A stretch of 64,000 bases of DNA from Octopus bimaculoides (Eukaryota). The notes under the pieces were generated by a model. That model was not told the DNA's origin, did no database searches, and saw only the letters and a program-made list of their open reading frames with translations. A program made the translations under genes and the position numbers. The DNA lies in the NCBI RefSeq assembly GCF_001194135.2, contig NC_068982.1:137264627-137328626 (forward strand), given 5' to 3'. Shown piece by piece: positions 13,663-24,650 of this stretch. The first letter of the stretch is position 1. Each line of letters starts with the position of its first letter.

Positions 13663-13998
13663 NNNNNNNNNNNNNNNNNNNNNNNNNNNNNNNNNNNNNN
13701 NNNNNNNNNNNNNNNNNNNNNNNNNNNNNNNNNNNNNNNNNNNNNNNNNNNNNNNNNNNNNNAGTGAGACATTAAGCACAACCACAGGCAGACAAATGCG
13801 TGGAATTCAGTGAAGACTCCTTGCTCGACATAAATATAAATAAATACGAGCAACAAACCCCCACTAAATCCCAAAAAACATAAAAGTCTTACCTGTAGTT
13901 GTACGTCAAAATTCACGACGCTGGCATTTAGCGATGCTACAACAGGAGCGAAAACAAACACGTCTGCTTGCTACTTACAACACAGCCACTCCTGCGCC
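13438..13998 (-). mobile_element. Family A SINE interrupted by a gap and an unrelated ~200-bp segment
   Basis: SINE 3' half at 13438-13640 and head at 13968-13998; the expected middle is replaced by 13763-13965. Confidence 0.7.
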
Positions 13999-15099
13999 TA
14001 ATTATGAACATAAAACAAGTAGAATATTTTGGATGGACATGGCTGGTTTAAATTCTAAAGTTCAAATATGCTTTTACCCAATACATGAAGAATATAGGTC
14101 AGTCAGCATTAAACTTCATTAAAACTTTTCTGAAATTTGAAGTTTGAAATTTCTTTTACCTGATTGTAATCTTTCTGAACAAAGGCATAATAATAGTAGA
14201 ATCATTACTGTACCTGACTTTACATTCTGAGTTCAAATGCTGCCAGAGTCAACTTTGCCTTTTATTCTTTTGGGGTTGAGAAAATAAGTACCAGTTGAGT
14301 ACTGGGGTCGATGTCATTAACTTAACCCCTCTATCAAACTTGCTAGACTTGTGCCAAAATTTGAAATCAATAGATACATTAATTTTATAAATCAATCATT
14401 TCACATCAAAACATTGTGTTCAAAACCCATTTTATTAGCTAATAAATGTTTCTAATAATGACTGATAAGAATTGTGACATGAATTGAGTATTTCTCTGTC
14501 ATGTTTTGTTATACAGACATAACTGATCAATACTTATGGTGTATAATTCTCTGAAGATTAATTTGACAAGTTATTTATTCTATGTCCAGTCTATTTAGAC
14601 AGTGGCAAGTCTTTTATTTTGACTATTATTTTTTCGATGTTATCTGACTTCTTTTTTTGTCTGTGTGTGTGAAAATTTTCTAACAATATAATAATGGACT
14701 TTTCTGGGAAGAGAGAATATCTTCATTTTTGTATTGATTCTTAATGAAAGAGTAAGATGATTCACCAGTATCTTTTCCTTTTAGTTTCTTCTGCCAAGAC
14801 TAATTTAATTTATAAGCATTGATAACAGATCTTGCCATTCTATTTTGTTGTAATGTTACATTGATAGAGAAATAAAAAGTGATGTTTAAACGAGACAAAG
14901 CTAGAAAGCATTAGCTGTTGTTAAAGTAGAGAGGATGCTGCTTGGCTGTATACCAAAGAATAGACACATGTTAGTTATTGTTTTATTTATCCCATGAATG
15001 TGATCTAATATTTCAGTAACTGCAACACTAAAAATGTTACATCATACTTATATTAAATTGTAGTAATGTAAGATGACATGTGGCAGTTTTTTTTTCTTT

Positions 15100-15513
15100 T
15101 CTTTTACTTGTTTCAGTCATTTGACTACGGCAATGCTGGAACATCATCTTTAGTCGAACAAACCAATTCCAGGACTTATTCTTTGTAAGCCTAGTACTTA
15201 TTCTACCGGTCTCTTTTGCTGAACCACTAAGTGACTAGGACGTAAACACACCAACATTGGTTGTCAAGTGATGGTGGGGGAGGGTGAATAAACAGACACA
15301 AGTAACATTATTATGATTGACCGTTGACTGAGCACTATTCAATTTTTTTTCTCCGTGTTTTTCTCCTTGTCTCCGTATTCTTTCTGTTGAAGAGCGTAGC
15401 TCGAAACGTCAAAGACTTTCCGTATTCCTGAGCGTCATACTAATATATACTTTTGTTATTTACACCACCTGTCCTCGTCTGTTGTTATTATTTGTATATT
15501 CTCCCAAACATAC

Positions 15514-15551
<38 letters not shown>

Positions 15552-15707
15552 CAAGCTTCCTTCAGTTTCTATCTACCAAATTCACTCACAAGGCTTTGGT
15601 TGGCCCGAGGTTATAGTAGAAAACACTTGCCCAAGGTGCCACACAGTGGGACTGAACCTGGAACCATGTAGTTGGGAAGAAATCTTCTTACCACACAGCC
15701 ACTCCTG
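15100..15707 (-). mobile_element. Family A SINE carrying a nested Penelope-like fragment
   Basis: SINE halves at ~15100-15300 and ~15545-15707 flank an unrelated insert in the microsatellite linker. Confidence 0.8.
15303..15505 (+). mobile_element. Penelope-like pseudo-LTR fragment with a minimal hammerhead-like motif (15379-15415)
   Basis: UCUUU-CUGUUGA-A-GAGC/GUA/GCUC-GAAACGUC-AAAGA; T-rich pLTR-like context; inserted beside an (AT)n tract. Confidence 0.55.
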
Positions 15708-16149
15708 AAGCACTGATGCTCAGCTTTCATTGAGTAGGGCTGTACTAAAGAGGCAGCCATCCAAACAGGGTCTTTTCTGACAAGAACATTGTACTTTTTT
15801 TGAAGATGGTGGGGAGTTTTAGTTGAGAAACCTTTAGCTTTTGCTGCAGATTGAGCAACTATAGAGGAGCTCTTCTGGCTAAAGAGGTAGGAGTGATACT
15901 TTGTTAATATATTGTATCTGGGTTTGCAAAGACACAAGAGCAGCTTGGAGGTATATTACCTTTTGTGTTCCATTATGAAAACCTTATACTCTTACATTTA
16001 CATGCAAGTGCAGGCGTAGCTGCATGGTTTAAGATGTTCACTTCCCAATCACATGGCCACAGGTTCAGTCCCACTGCAGCACCTGAACAGTGAGAGGGCC
16101 ACAAAATATATTTATTCAAATGCTCAAATGACTTGCTAGGAGTTGATAC

Positions 16150-16620
16150 TTGTGTTACTTAGATGGCTTAATTAGCAGTGGGGGTGGGCTTTCTGGAAAC
16201 ATAATAACCAAAATAAGAACAGTGTAGGAGAAGTTCAGAGGTTTATTACTTCTACTGGCAACAGAGAGATTCTTTCCCTGAATGAAAATCAGATTGTATA
16301 ATATTTGTGTATGAAGTGTGATATTGCTTAGCAGTAGTGAAATGTTGGCCATTGGAGATGTAGAGGAAGGAAAGATATGTGATGTTAGTGTGTACAAATG
16401 ATGGTTGAAAGTGAGCTGAGAGAGAAACTGGGGAAAAAGGGGCATCAAATGTGGTGTACAAATGAGAAGACTGTGCTGATGTGAACATGTGATATTTGTG
16501 GAGAATGGCTTTTAAGTAAAGATTTGCTAACAAACCAAGTGGAATGAACTTGCTGAATAGGAAAACATGTGAAGTAATGAAGGCTGATCTGAGGAAGCCA
16601 AACTTCATGATAAGGAGATT
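16150..16620 (+). mobile_element. Degenerate RTE LINE ORF2 C-terminal fragment
   Basis: Frameshifted remnants YLDGLISSGGG..., EKFRGLLLLL, LREKLGKKGIKCGVQMRRL. Confidence 0.65.
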
Positions 16621-17091
16621 ACTGTTAATTTGCTTTAGCTATGCTTATCCAGCAGAAATATTTTAATAAACTGGATCTTTGGGGGCGTTAATTGTAGTTA
16701 AATTTCTAATATTATTTGTAGTTTCAGTTTTGTTGCTAAAAGAGTGCCAAGGGTTACTAAAGTACCATATTGACATTTCTGCTTTTTTACTTCAAGACCT
16801 ATGTGTTATTGACTTTGCTTTTCATATAGATTCAATAAAATAAGAACCATACACAGACTGAGGTCAGTTCAGTCAACTATGACAGGTCTCCTTTAAATGT
16901 ATCTTCTCATGTCAATGTGATAACTCGTTTCTAATATTGCTGTTAAACACTTTATTCACCTTCTAAAAATACTCTTTTTCACTTTTTTTTTTTTTTTGTA
17001 TTTCCTTATCGTTACCAGAAGTTCTTTTTCTCCGTTTTGACAATTTTTTTCCTTTCACTAAAAAAGCAATTATTTTCAATTTGTCTTGCAG

Positions 17092-17225
17092 GAAATTCAT
17101 TAATTAAATGTGGCCAAACACATATGCAAATTGGAAATGCTGAAAAGGAATTTGTACAAACATCCTGCAATAATTTTCTTTCTCCATTGAAAAATTTCCT
17201 TGAAGGCGACATGAGAACAATTACA
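17092..17225 (+). CDS. SH3GLB1: Endophilin B N-BAR coding exon, (G)NSLIKCGQTHMQIGNAEKEFVQTSCNNFLSPLKNFLEGDMRTIT, phase 1 to 0
   Basis: Acceptor ttgtcttgcAG, donor GTAAGT at 17226, 134 nt. Peptide matches the recalled endophilin B1 segment GNALIKCGETQKRIGTADRELIQTSALNFLTPLRNFIEGDYKTIA. The symbol denotes the family (invertebrate co-ortholog of SH3GLB1/2). Confidence 0.95.
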
Positions 17226-17644
17226 GTAAGTTTCCTTTTAAATTTTAAAATGCCAACTGCAAAAAAAATTTCAGAATAGCCAAATAATATTTAATTACCA
17301 GCTTTAATGAGTTTTGGTTTTTGTCTGTTTTGCTTTTAGTTAGCTTGTTTAATTTATAATACAAAAGAATTTTGTTTTTTGGTAAACTATGGTATCTTAA
17401 TGCATTAAATATGAGTTGTATTATATTGCAATAAAACTTCTCGATGCCTTTTATTTTGTTTGCTTTCAATTTCTGAATTATATAAGAAATTGTAAGTAAT
17501 TATCTGTCTGGGAACAAGGCATAACATCGAATCCTTATTGTAATAGACATAATTTGTATCCCTTGTAAACTCAGCCTCTTTACCCATATAAACATCATTC
17601 TTTTTTGTCATGTTAATAAATTTGAATTAAAATTAAATTCTACA

Positions 17645-17880
17645 TCATCATCATTTAACACCTGCTTTCCATGCTTGCATGAGTTGGATGGTTCAACAGG
17701 AGCTGGCCAGTTGGAGAGCTGTCCAGACTCCAGTTGTCTGTTTTGGCATAGCTGGATGCCCTTCCTAATGCCAACCACTTTACAGAGTCTGCTGGGTGCT
17801 TCTTACATGCCACCAGCATAGGTGCATTTACGTAGCACTGGCATGAGTGTATTTTATGTAGCACCAGCACCTGTAAGACA
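17645..17880 (-). mobile_element. RTE-type 3'-end retroposon, degenerate
   Basis: (CAT)n followed by ttaacacctgctttccatgc...gctggatgcccttcctaatgccaacc. Confidence 0.75.
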
Positions 17881-18399
17881 AAGACCTTTCCGATGAGAGA
17901 GGGGTTTGGGGCAAGGCCATAAAGGACATGCCTGTATGTATGGATGGCTGCGATTTTGCTTAGCTTAATGTCTCTTCTCAAGTACAGCAAATTAACACAA
18001 GTCTCAGTCTCTTGTCATCTCCTCAGCAAGGCCCAGTGGCTGAAGATCCTTTCCCTGGGTATTCCTGTGTCTACCCCTTCCTCAGGTTCTCTTCACATTT
18101 AGACATTCCAATTTGTAATTGTAGAAGTTAATGTAAACACAAATTATGTGAAGACTTTTACAACAATCAATGACTGCTTGCTTAAGATTTACTATTAACA
18201 AAAAAAAATGATGGAATAGACTTTCATGGAAAACAACTGAGTTACAGACTTAAATTTATTTTTGATTCAGCTATATTAATCTGTTCATCAGCAAATAGGA
18301 ACTCCCACACATAGCCAGTCATAAACTCCTTTATTATAGCTTAGAGGAAGGACTGTAATGAAAAGAAATGGGACAGAGAATGAACTTTGATAGATGTCT

Positions 18400-19140
18400 A
18401 CCTGAACACCATCAATCATTGCTGATTCTCACCTTGCTGACTATTTCAGTACATGGGCTATAGAGTCACACAAGCCATTTTCTTAGCTTCCTCAGTGACC
18501 ACCAGTCATTGAGTATGGAATCATGTCAGAAGCCCTTTCCATGTTGACAAACACCAGATATAAGCGCTTACTGCAAGCGTAGTACTTCCCTTGGTGTTAT
18601 CTCACTAGGAAGATAACATCAGTAGGACTTTTTCCAAGCACAAGGCAACTGCATCTTCTCTAGGTTGATTGCCTTCCTTAACTCTTTCTGCAACATTCAT
18701 AACCTGATCAGTTTCCTCTCTCTCTAATGCATCTCCTTTGCTCTTGTAGCAGCTGACAATGATGCTGCTGTGCCAATCATCGTGTGTGACACCTTCCTTC
18801 CTTCTGAGTTACTATGCTGGTGACTGGCCTGTGCATTATTCCATCAGACATTACAAGCATCTCCATAGTAATTCCTAATGGACCAGGTGGTTTCTCTGCT
18901 TCATATCCTTAACCTTGTCCTTTCAATTTGAATAATTGCTCCCTGTGAAGGCCTACATACAGCAGGCCTTCTTTTTCCCCCCATTCAACCACCTCTTGTA
19001 ATAGCATTTCTATGCCCCTCTCAGCATAAATGCAAGAGCATCCTGTCATTCCAGACTCCTTTTTCCCTCAGGACATCTCAATTTTCTCTAACATCCTGCC
19101 TTGCAATTTAGCAGACATCACATCTCTGATCTCATTGTAA
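18400..19140 (-). mobile_element. Degenerate RTE reverse transcriptase N-terminal fragment
   Basis: Minus-strand remnants PGPLGITMEML, WHSSIIVSCYKSKGDALER, PTDVIFLVR, RLYLVFVNMERASD, with stops and frameshifts. Confidence 0.75.
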
Positions 19141-19465
19141 AAACATGGTTTATGCTACCAAATCATATTCACTTTTCAGTGATGGGGGTACACATACTCG
19201 CATACACACGACACACATGCACGTGATGATGCGTGCACACGTGATGTGCACACAAAAATGACACACGCACACATATACACCCATATAAGTTAGTGTATCA
19301 TTTAGAAAAGGGTTCAGTACATGGCTGAAGTTACACGTATTGAACGACAATCTGCGATGGATGTGTTCTATGCCCATCAAACTTTATGCATTGCTGAGCC
19401 AAACTGCAGTTATATATTTCTACATATAGCTTCAAATTCTATGTATGTTTTTTTAATTTTTGTAG

Positions 19466-19558
19466 AAAGAAAAGAAAGTTTTGGAAACCAAGCGTTTGGA
19501 TCTTGATGCTTGCAAGAGCCGTGTAAGGAAGGCTAAAAGCCAGGCTGGCCAGCAACAG
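19466..19558 (+). CDS. SH3GLB1: Endophilin B coding exon KEKKVLETKRLDLDACKSRVRKAKSQAGQQQ, phase 0 to 0
   Basis: Acceptor taatttttgtAG, donor GTAATA at 19559, 93 nt. In frame with the previous exon; contains the KRLDLDA BAR motif of endophilin B. Confidence 0.95.
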
Positions 19559-19642
19559 GTAATACTTATGCTACAATTTCCCTTTCTCATTTTTATCTCT
19601 TGAATGTTTTGAAGTGTCATATATATATATATATATAATAAT

Positions 19643-20144
19643 GATAATAATAATTTCTTAAGTATTGAGAAGATGGATTTGGCATTAATCTTTATATTGT
19701 TCAACAGTCGTTTCAACCCATCCTGCTACTGTGCCTTATGGTGGGGGGGACTCCTTTCAACATGTGTTGCATCAGTTTTGCAGTCTGGATCTCATCAGAT
19801 ACATAAGGTTTGTGTCTCGCTAAAGATCCTGAGTTTAGACTGTCATATTATTATGTGCCCATCTGGTTAGGGAAACATTGTTACAGTTTTAGTGATGCTT
19901 CATTCCCTAACCAGACGGGTATATAACAACATGACAGCCAAAAATCAGGATCTTTAGCGAGACACAAACCTTTATGTATAGATGTACCTGATGAGACCCA
20001 GATTGCAAATTAATGCAGCACAACATGTTGAAAGGAGTCCCACCCATGAGGGACAGTAGCAGGATGGGTTGAAGCACCCATGTACAAAATAAAGATTAAT
20101 ATCAAATCCATCATTGTGTTGCTTAAGAAATTATTATTATTATC
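19643..20144. repeat. Long imperfect inverted repeat (fold-back), arms ~230-240 bp, 28-nt spacer
   Basis: 19643-19874 aligns to the reverse complement of 19903-20144. Shared blocks include ttcaacccatcctgctactgt, gactcctttcaacatgt, aaggtttgtgtctcgctaaagatcctga and tctggttagggaa. Roughly 80-85% identity by eye. Confidence 0.9.
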
Positions 20145-20591
20145 GCAACTAACACTGTGGAATTCCTGAAGTAGATCCAACGGAAATATACCCTGACTGC
20201 GGATGATACCAGGTAGCCCAAACTGTGCCAGTGATCTACTCAACACATCAACACATTGATATATACCCGTTAGTCCAAAAATATTAAATATATATGTATA
20301 TATGTATGTATATGTGCTTTGCAATTGTTGTAGTTACAGATGTATGTTTTCAAAGCTCTCTTTAAAATATTTTAAAACTACTGTTTGTCTTAAAAAAATT
20401 TTAACTTCTTGCATTTCAATTACTCTTTTTAAATCAAATGCATTGTTTCATTAGAATTCTTTCTGAATTTTTAAACTTTTCAATCTTCAAATATTTAAAA
20501 AGTAAATGCTGCATTTTATATATTATGTATTGCTTTTAAATACTAATTCTTTCGGAAAGTTTTCTCAGCATGCAATTACATTCTCTTCCTT

Positions 20592-20638
<47 letters not shown>

Positions 20639-20892
20639 TATGTAACTTCTCTTTCTCTCATGCTTACACACACACACACACACACACACGCGCGCATTCT
20701 CTCTCTCTCCCCATACATTTCTTCCCCATGAACATACACATTCTTCCACACATGCATACACTTTTTCTCTCACATTCTCACTCAACCATCATTCATCTGT
20801 ACTTTTCTCTCTCTATTTCACACATTATTATTGGACTCTGTCATCTCTTCAATAAATGACAGTTGAGCAGGACACAACCACACAGTGTTCTT

Positions 20893-21292
20893 ACCTTTTA
20901 TCTTTTGCTTCAGTCATTATACTGTGGCCATGCTGGGGCACCACCCTGAAGAATTTTTAGTCAAATGAATCAATCCCAGTACCTTTTTTATTTTTTTCTA
21001 AACCATTTACGTATTCTTGTTGGCCTCTTTTGCTGAACTGCTAAGGTATTGAGAAGGAAACACAACAACATCAGTTATCAAGCAGTGATGGAAGATAAAC
21101 ACTCACACAAATACACACACACATACACAGACATCAGGCTTCTTTCAGTTTCTGTCTGCCAAATCCATTCATAAGGTTTTGATCAACCCAAGGCTATAAC
21201 AGAAATATTAGCCCAAGGTGCTACGCAGTGGGACTGAGCCCAGAACCATGTGGTAGGGAAGCAAACTTCTTACCACACAGCCATGTCTGTGC
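20893..21292 (-). mobile_element. Family A tRNA-SINE, diverged full-length copy
   Basis: Same bipartite structure as 22057-22456. Confidence 0.8.
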
Positions 21293-21299
21293 CTTAGTT

Positions 21300-21901
21300 C
21301 ACTGTTTTGTCATGTCATCTCATATGTGACTATAGACCTATCTGGGATGAACCTTCTCAAATAGCTCTTCATTGCCATTGACTTGTTCACATGTTTCAAC
21401 AATTCTTTGAAGAAGATGTCCTTGGTCATGAATCTTTTCACAATACACAAGGGATTTAATGTAGTCCCAGAAGAAAAAGTCCATGGGAGTTAAATCTGAT
21501 GACTGTGGTGCCCATTCAATTGGCCCATGACACCTGAGCCATCTCCCTGGAAAATGTTCGTTCAGAAAATCGCAAACCTGTAATGCATAATGGGGAGGAA
21601 CCCCATCCTGCTGAAACCAGACAGGATTTCCCCTTCCATGTGAATGCACGTGAGGCATCGTCTTCTTGCCAAGCATGTCCAGATACGAATCACCTGTCAC
21701 AGTGCCCTCAAAGTAATATGATCCAATTACTTGATTGTGCCAAATCCCACACCACACCGTTACCTTGCCCCTGCCTTGATGATTATCTGCCCCCATCCAA
21801 TGAGGATTGGTTTGTGAGTAATACCAGCAGTCAAGATAAGAAAAGAGAATGTTAGCAATTTCACATATTGCAGGACGGTGCATGACTTTATGGCCACCTT
21901 G
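21300..21901 (-). mobile_element. Internally deleted Tc1/mariner DD41D (rosa/Visitor-like) transposase relic
   Basis: ORF 21338-21940 contains WFQQDGVPPH...WAPQSSDLTPMDFFFW, with 41 residues between the second and third catalytic D. The first-D motif (FSDE) is disrupted. TIR-like caaggtggccataaagtc end next to TA at 21902. Confidence 0.88.
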
Positions 21902-22056
21902 TATATGTATATATGCAATGTCCTGTACCCAGATATGCACCTATACATACAGGTGGATGTCAATATGCACATATCTGTACGTATATATGCATATACTCAT
22001 TTACTATTTGTTTATATATATATATATATACATACACTTCATACATACTCTTTCTC

Positions 22057-22456
22057 TCTTTTACTTGTTTCAGTCATTTGACTGCGGCCATGCTGGAGCA
22101 CTGCCTTTAGTCGAGCAAATCGCCGGCAGGACTTATTCTTTGAAAGCCTAGTACTTATTCTATCAGTCTCTTTTGCCAAACCGCTAAGTTACGGTGACGT
22201 AAACACACCAGCATCGGTTGTCAAGCGATGTTGGGGGGACAAACACAGACACACAAACACACACACACACACACACACATATGTATACATATATGATGGG
22301 CTTCTTTCAGTTTCCACCTACCAAATCCACTCACAAGGCTTTGGTCGGCCCGAGGCTATATTAGAAGACACTTGCCCAAGGTGCCATGCAGTGAGACTGA
22401 ACCCGGAACCATGTGGTTGGTAAGCAAGCTACTTACCACACAGCCACTCCTGCGCC
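22057..22456 (-). mobile_element. Family A tRNA-SINE, young full-length copy
   Basis: A and B boxes, internal (TG)n linker, 3' end aaacaagtaaaaga; CpGs retained. Confidence 0.92.
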
Positions 22457-22777
22457 ATACTTATTATATTTAAATTCCATTTTTAATTTAGTTCATAATT
22501 ATAAAATATTAATGAAAAATCTTTTTGCAAAAAAAAAAAAAATAAAAAATAAAAGGTCAGCTATTGTTTACTTTGTCAATGTTTCCACATTTTAAGGAAA
22601 CAGATCATTAAATTTTAAATACTACTGAGATTTAATTTTAAAAAGCAATGTATGTGCTCTTGGAAATCAGAATGTTTTCAACCAGATTTAATTTTAGTTC
22701 TTATAATAGATAATTATTGGATATTCCCGAGTAGTTTTAATCAAGTGTATCATTAGCTTCAGTTGTCGAAATGAAAG

Positions 22778-22810
<33 letters not shown>

Positions 22811-22885
22811 GGTGTAGTTGTATTACTAGTGATTAGATATGTGATTTCACCTCTGGCAAGTAGCATGTTATAATTGTGTTGCTAC

Positions 22886-23300
22886 ATTGGCACATGTATG
22901 GCTGTGCAGTTAATAAGCTCACTTTGCAACCATGTGGTTTTGGGTTCAGTTCCGCTGTGCAGCACCTTAAACAAGTATCTTGTACTGTAGCCCTAGGCTA
23001 ACCATTGCTTTGTGAGTGTATTTAGTAGATGGAAACTGTGAAAGCCTGCTATGTGTGTGTGTGTGTGTGTGTGTGTATTCATGTATGTGTGTTGTTGTTT
23101 GCCCACCACCACAGTTTGACAACCAGTGTTGGTTTGTTAACATCCTCGTAGCTTAGTGGTTTGGCAAAAGGGACCAATGGAATGAGTACTTGACTTTAAA
23201 AAATTAAAATAAGTGTTGGGGTTGATTTGTTCCAGTAAACCTTTCAAGTTGGTGCTCCAGCATGGTCGCAGTCCAATGACTGAAACAAGTAAAAGAAAAG
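22886..23300 (+). mobile_element. Family A tRNA-SINE, diverged, sense orientation
   Basis: ggctgtgcagttaataag...ggttcagttcc...ggtgctccagcatgg...gactgaaacaagtaaaaga. Confidence 0.8.
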
Positions 23301-24399
23301 ATAAAAAAAAAGATAAAAGATGATGATCTTTTAATTACACTGAGGCAGTTCTTTTTGTTATTGTTTTTTTCTACCATTTTTTTTTCCTGAGGTTTAGAAA
23401 GATTTTTTTGGTGGAGACAAGCATTATATGATGACATTCTAAACAGTACATCATTCATCGCAAACAACCTCTGCATAATTACTTAAACTGCTGAAAATAA
23501 CAAAACTCTTTCAAATTGTGTCCTGCCATTTTGAATATGACAGACTACACTGGAAAATGTAGTTCTAGAGACACAATTTCTCTTTTTTTTAATGTGTCAA
23601 ATCTAAAGATTCATTATTTTTCTTGAAGGAAGATAGAGCAGTGTTTCCTTCTGCTGGTTATTTTCAGTTCCTTCTGCTTATCTCTCATTCTCCTGAGATT
23701 TTGTTTACAAGCCTATTTAACCCTTGGGCAGAAGAACTGGTTCACATGACATCAAGGTATATCCACACATCAGTGGGCCTGTGTGACACATGTCTAAGAG
23801 CTAGCCCTTATCCAAGTCCTGTATATCTCAGGCACACAACCATGTTCTGTTATTTAACCCATATCCGGACCCTCTGACTGGTAATATCACCCCTGGCCAG
23901 AACAGACCATGTAGTATTGGTGACTAAAAGATGACTCCATACTCTCCAAAACTTCTGAACTCTACCAGATGGATGTTTCATGTTTTGCCCTTAGAAAGAA
24001 GACAGAATGTTAATGGTTGAAACACTTGTTTACAGTTTCTGTTCCATTCGGATTGATCTGAGGCAAAACAATGACTGTCTGATTATAGCTAGTCTACTTC
24101 TTAGCAACATGTCACAAACTTTTGTATTCAAAAAAGTTTAGGTTTTTCACTATTTCCATATGCCACTGGCCTACTACTGTTTGGTTTTATAACTTTAATG
24201 TTCTAAAAATCTTGGTAGACTTTGCCATAAATTTCGTATCAAATTAACAGAAGCAATAGTTAATTAGATACAGTATCAGACAGCCCTTGGTACACTCTAA
24301 TAAGTTCTTTCACACAACACACTATTTTCTATAGTCTGTGTTTTTTTTTTGTTTTTTTGTTTTTTTTTTTATTTCTTCCTTCCATCTGTGTCTCTCCAA

Positions 24400-24650
24400 A
24401 CATATGTTAGACAACATTGTGAGAGTACTGATCAATATTTCATTTGTTTCCAACAATTGTGGTAATCTACTGATTGCTCCTCTTAATTACTAATTAGAGG
24501 TATCCATTCGTCAAATTAGCTAACTCCTGGAATAACTTTCATTCATCTGCTGTGGTATCATTAGAATGTTTTTCACAATGTATGAAGCCATTCCAAATGA
24601 AATGCAATGCTTTTGCATGGTGCTCAACATAATGTTGCTGTTTTGCCTTC
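24400..24650 (-). mobile_element. Possible ancient mariner transposase relic
   Basis: Minus-strand GVS*FDEWIPL is reminiscent of the mariner KLDxWVPHEL motif; heavily degraded. Confidence 0.3.

Noticed and set aside
19985-20040. CTGATGAG hammerhead core within the fold-back arm
   Set aside because: No stem II closing onto a GAAA and no compatible stems I or III.
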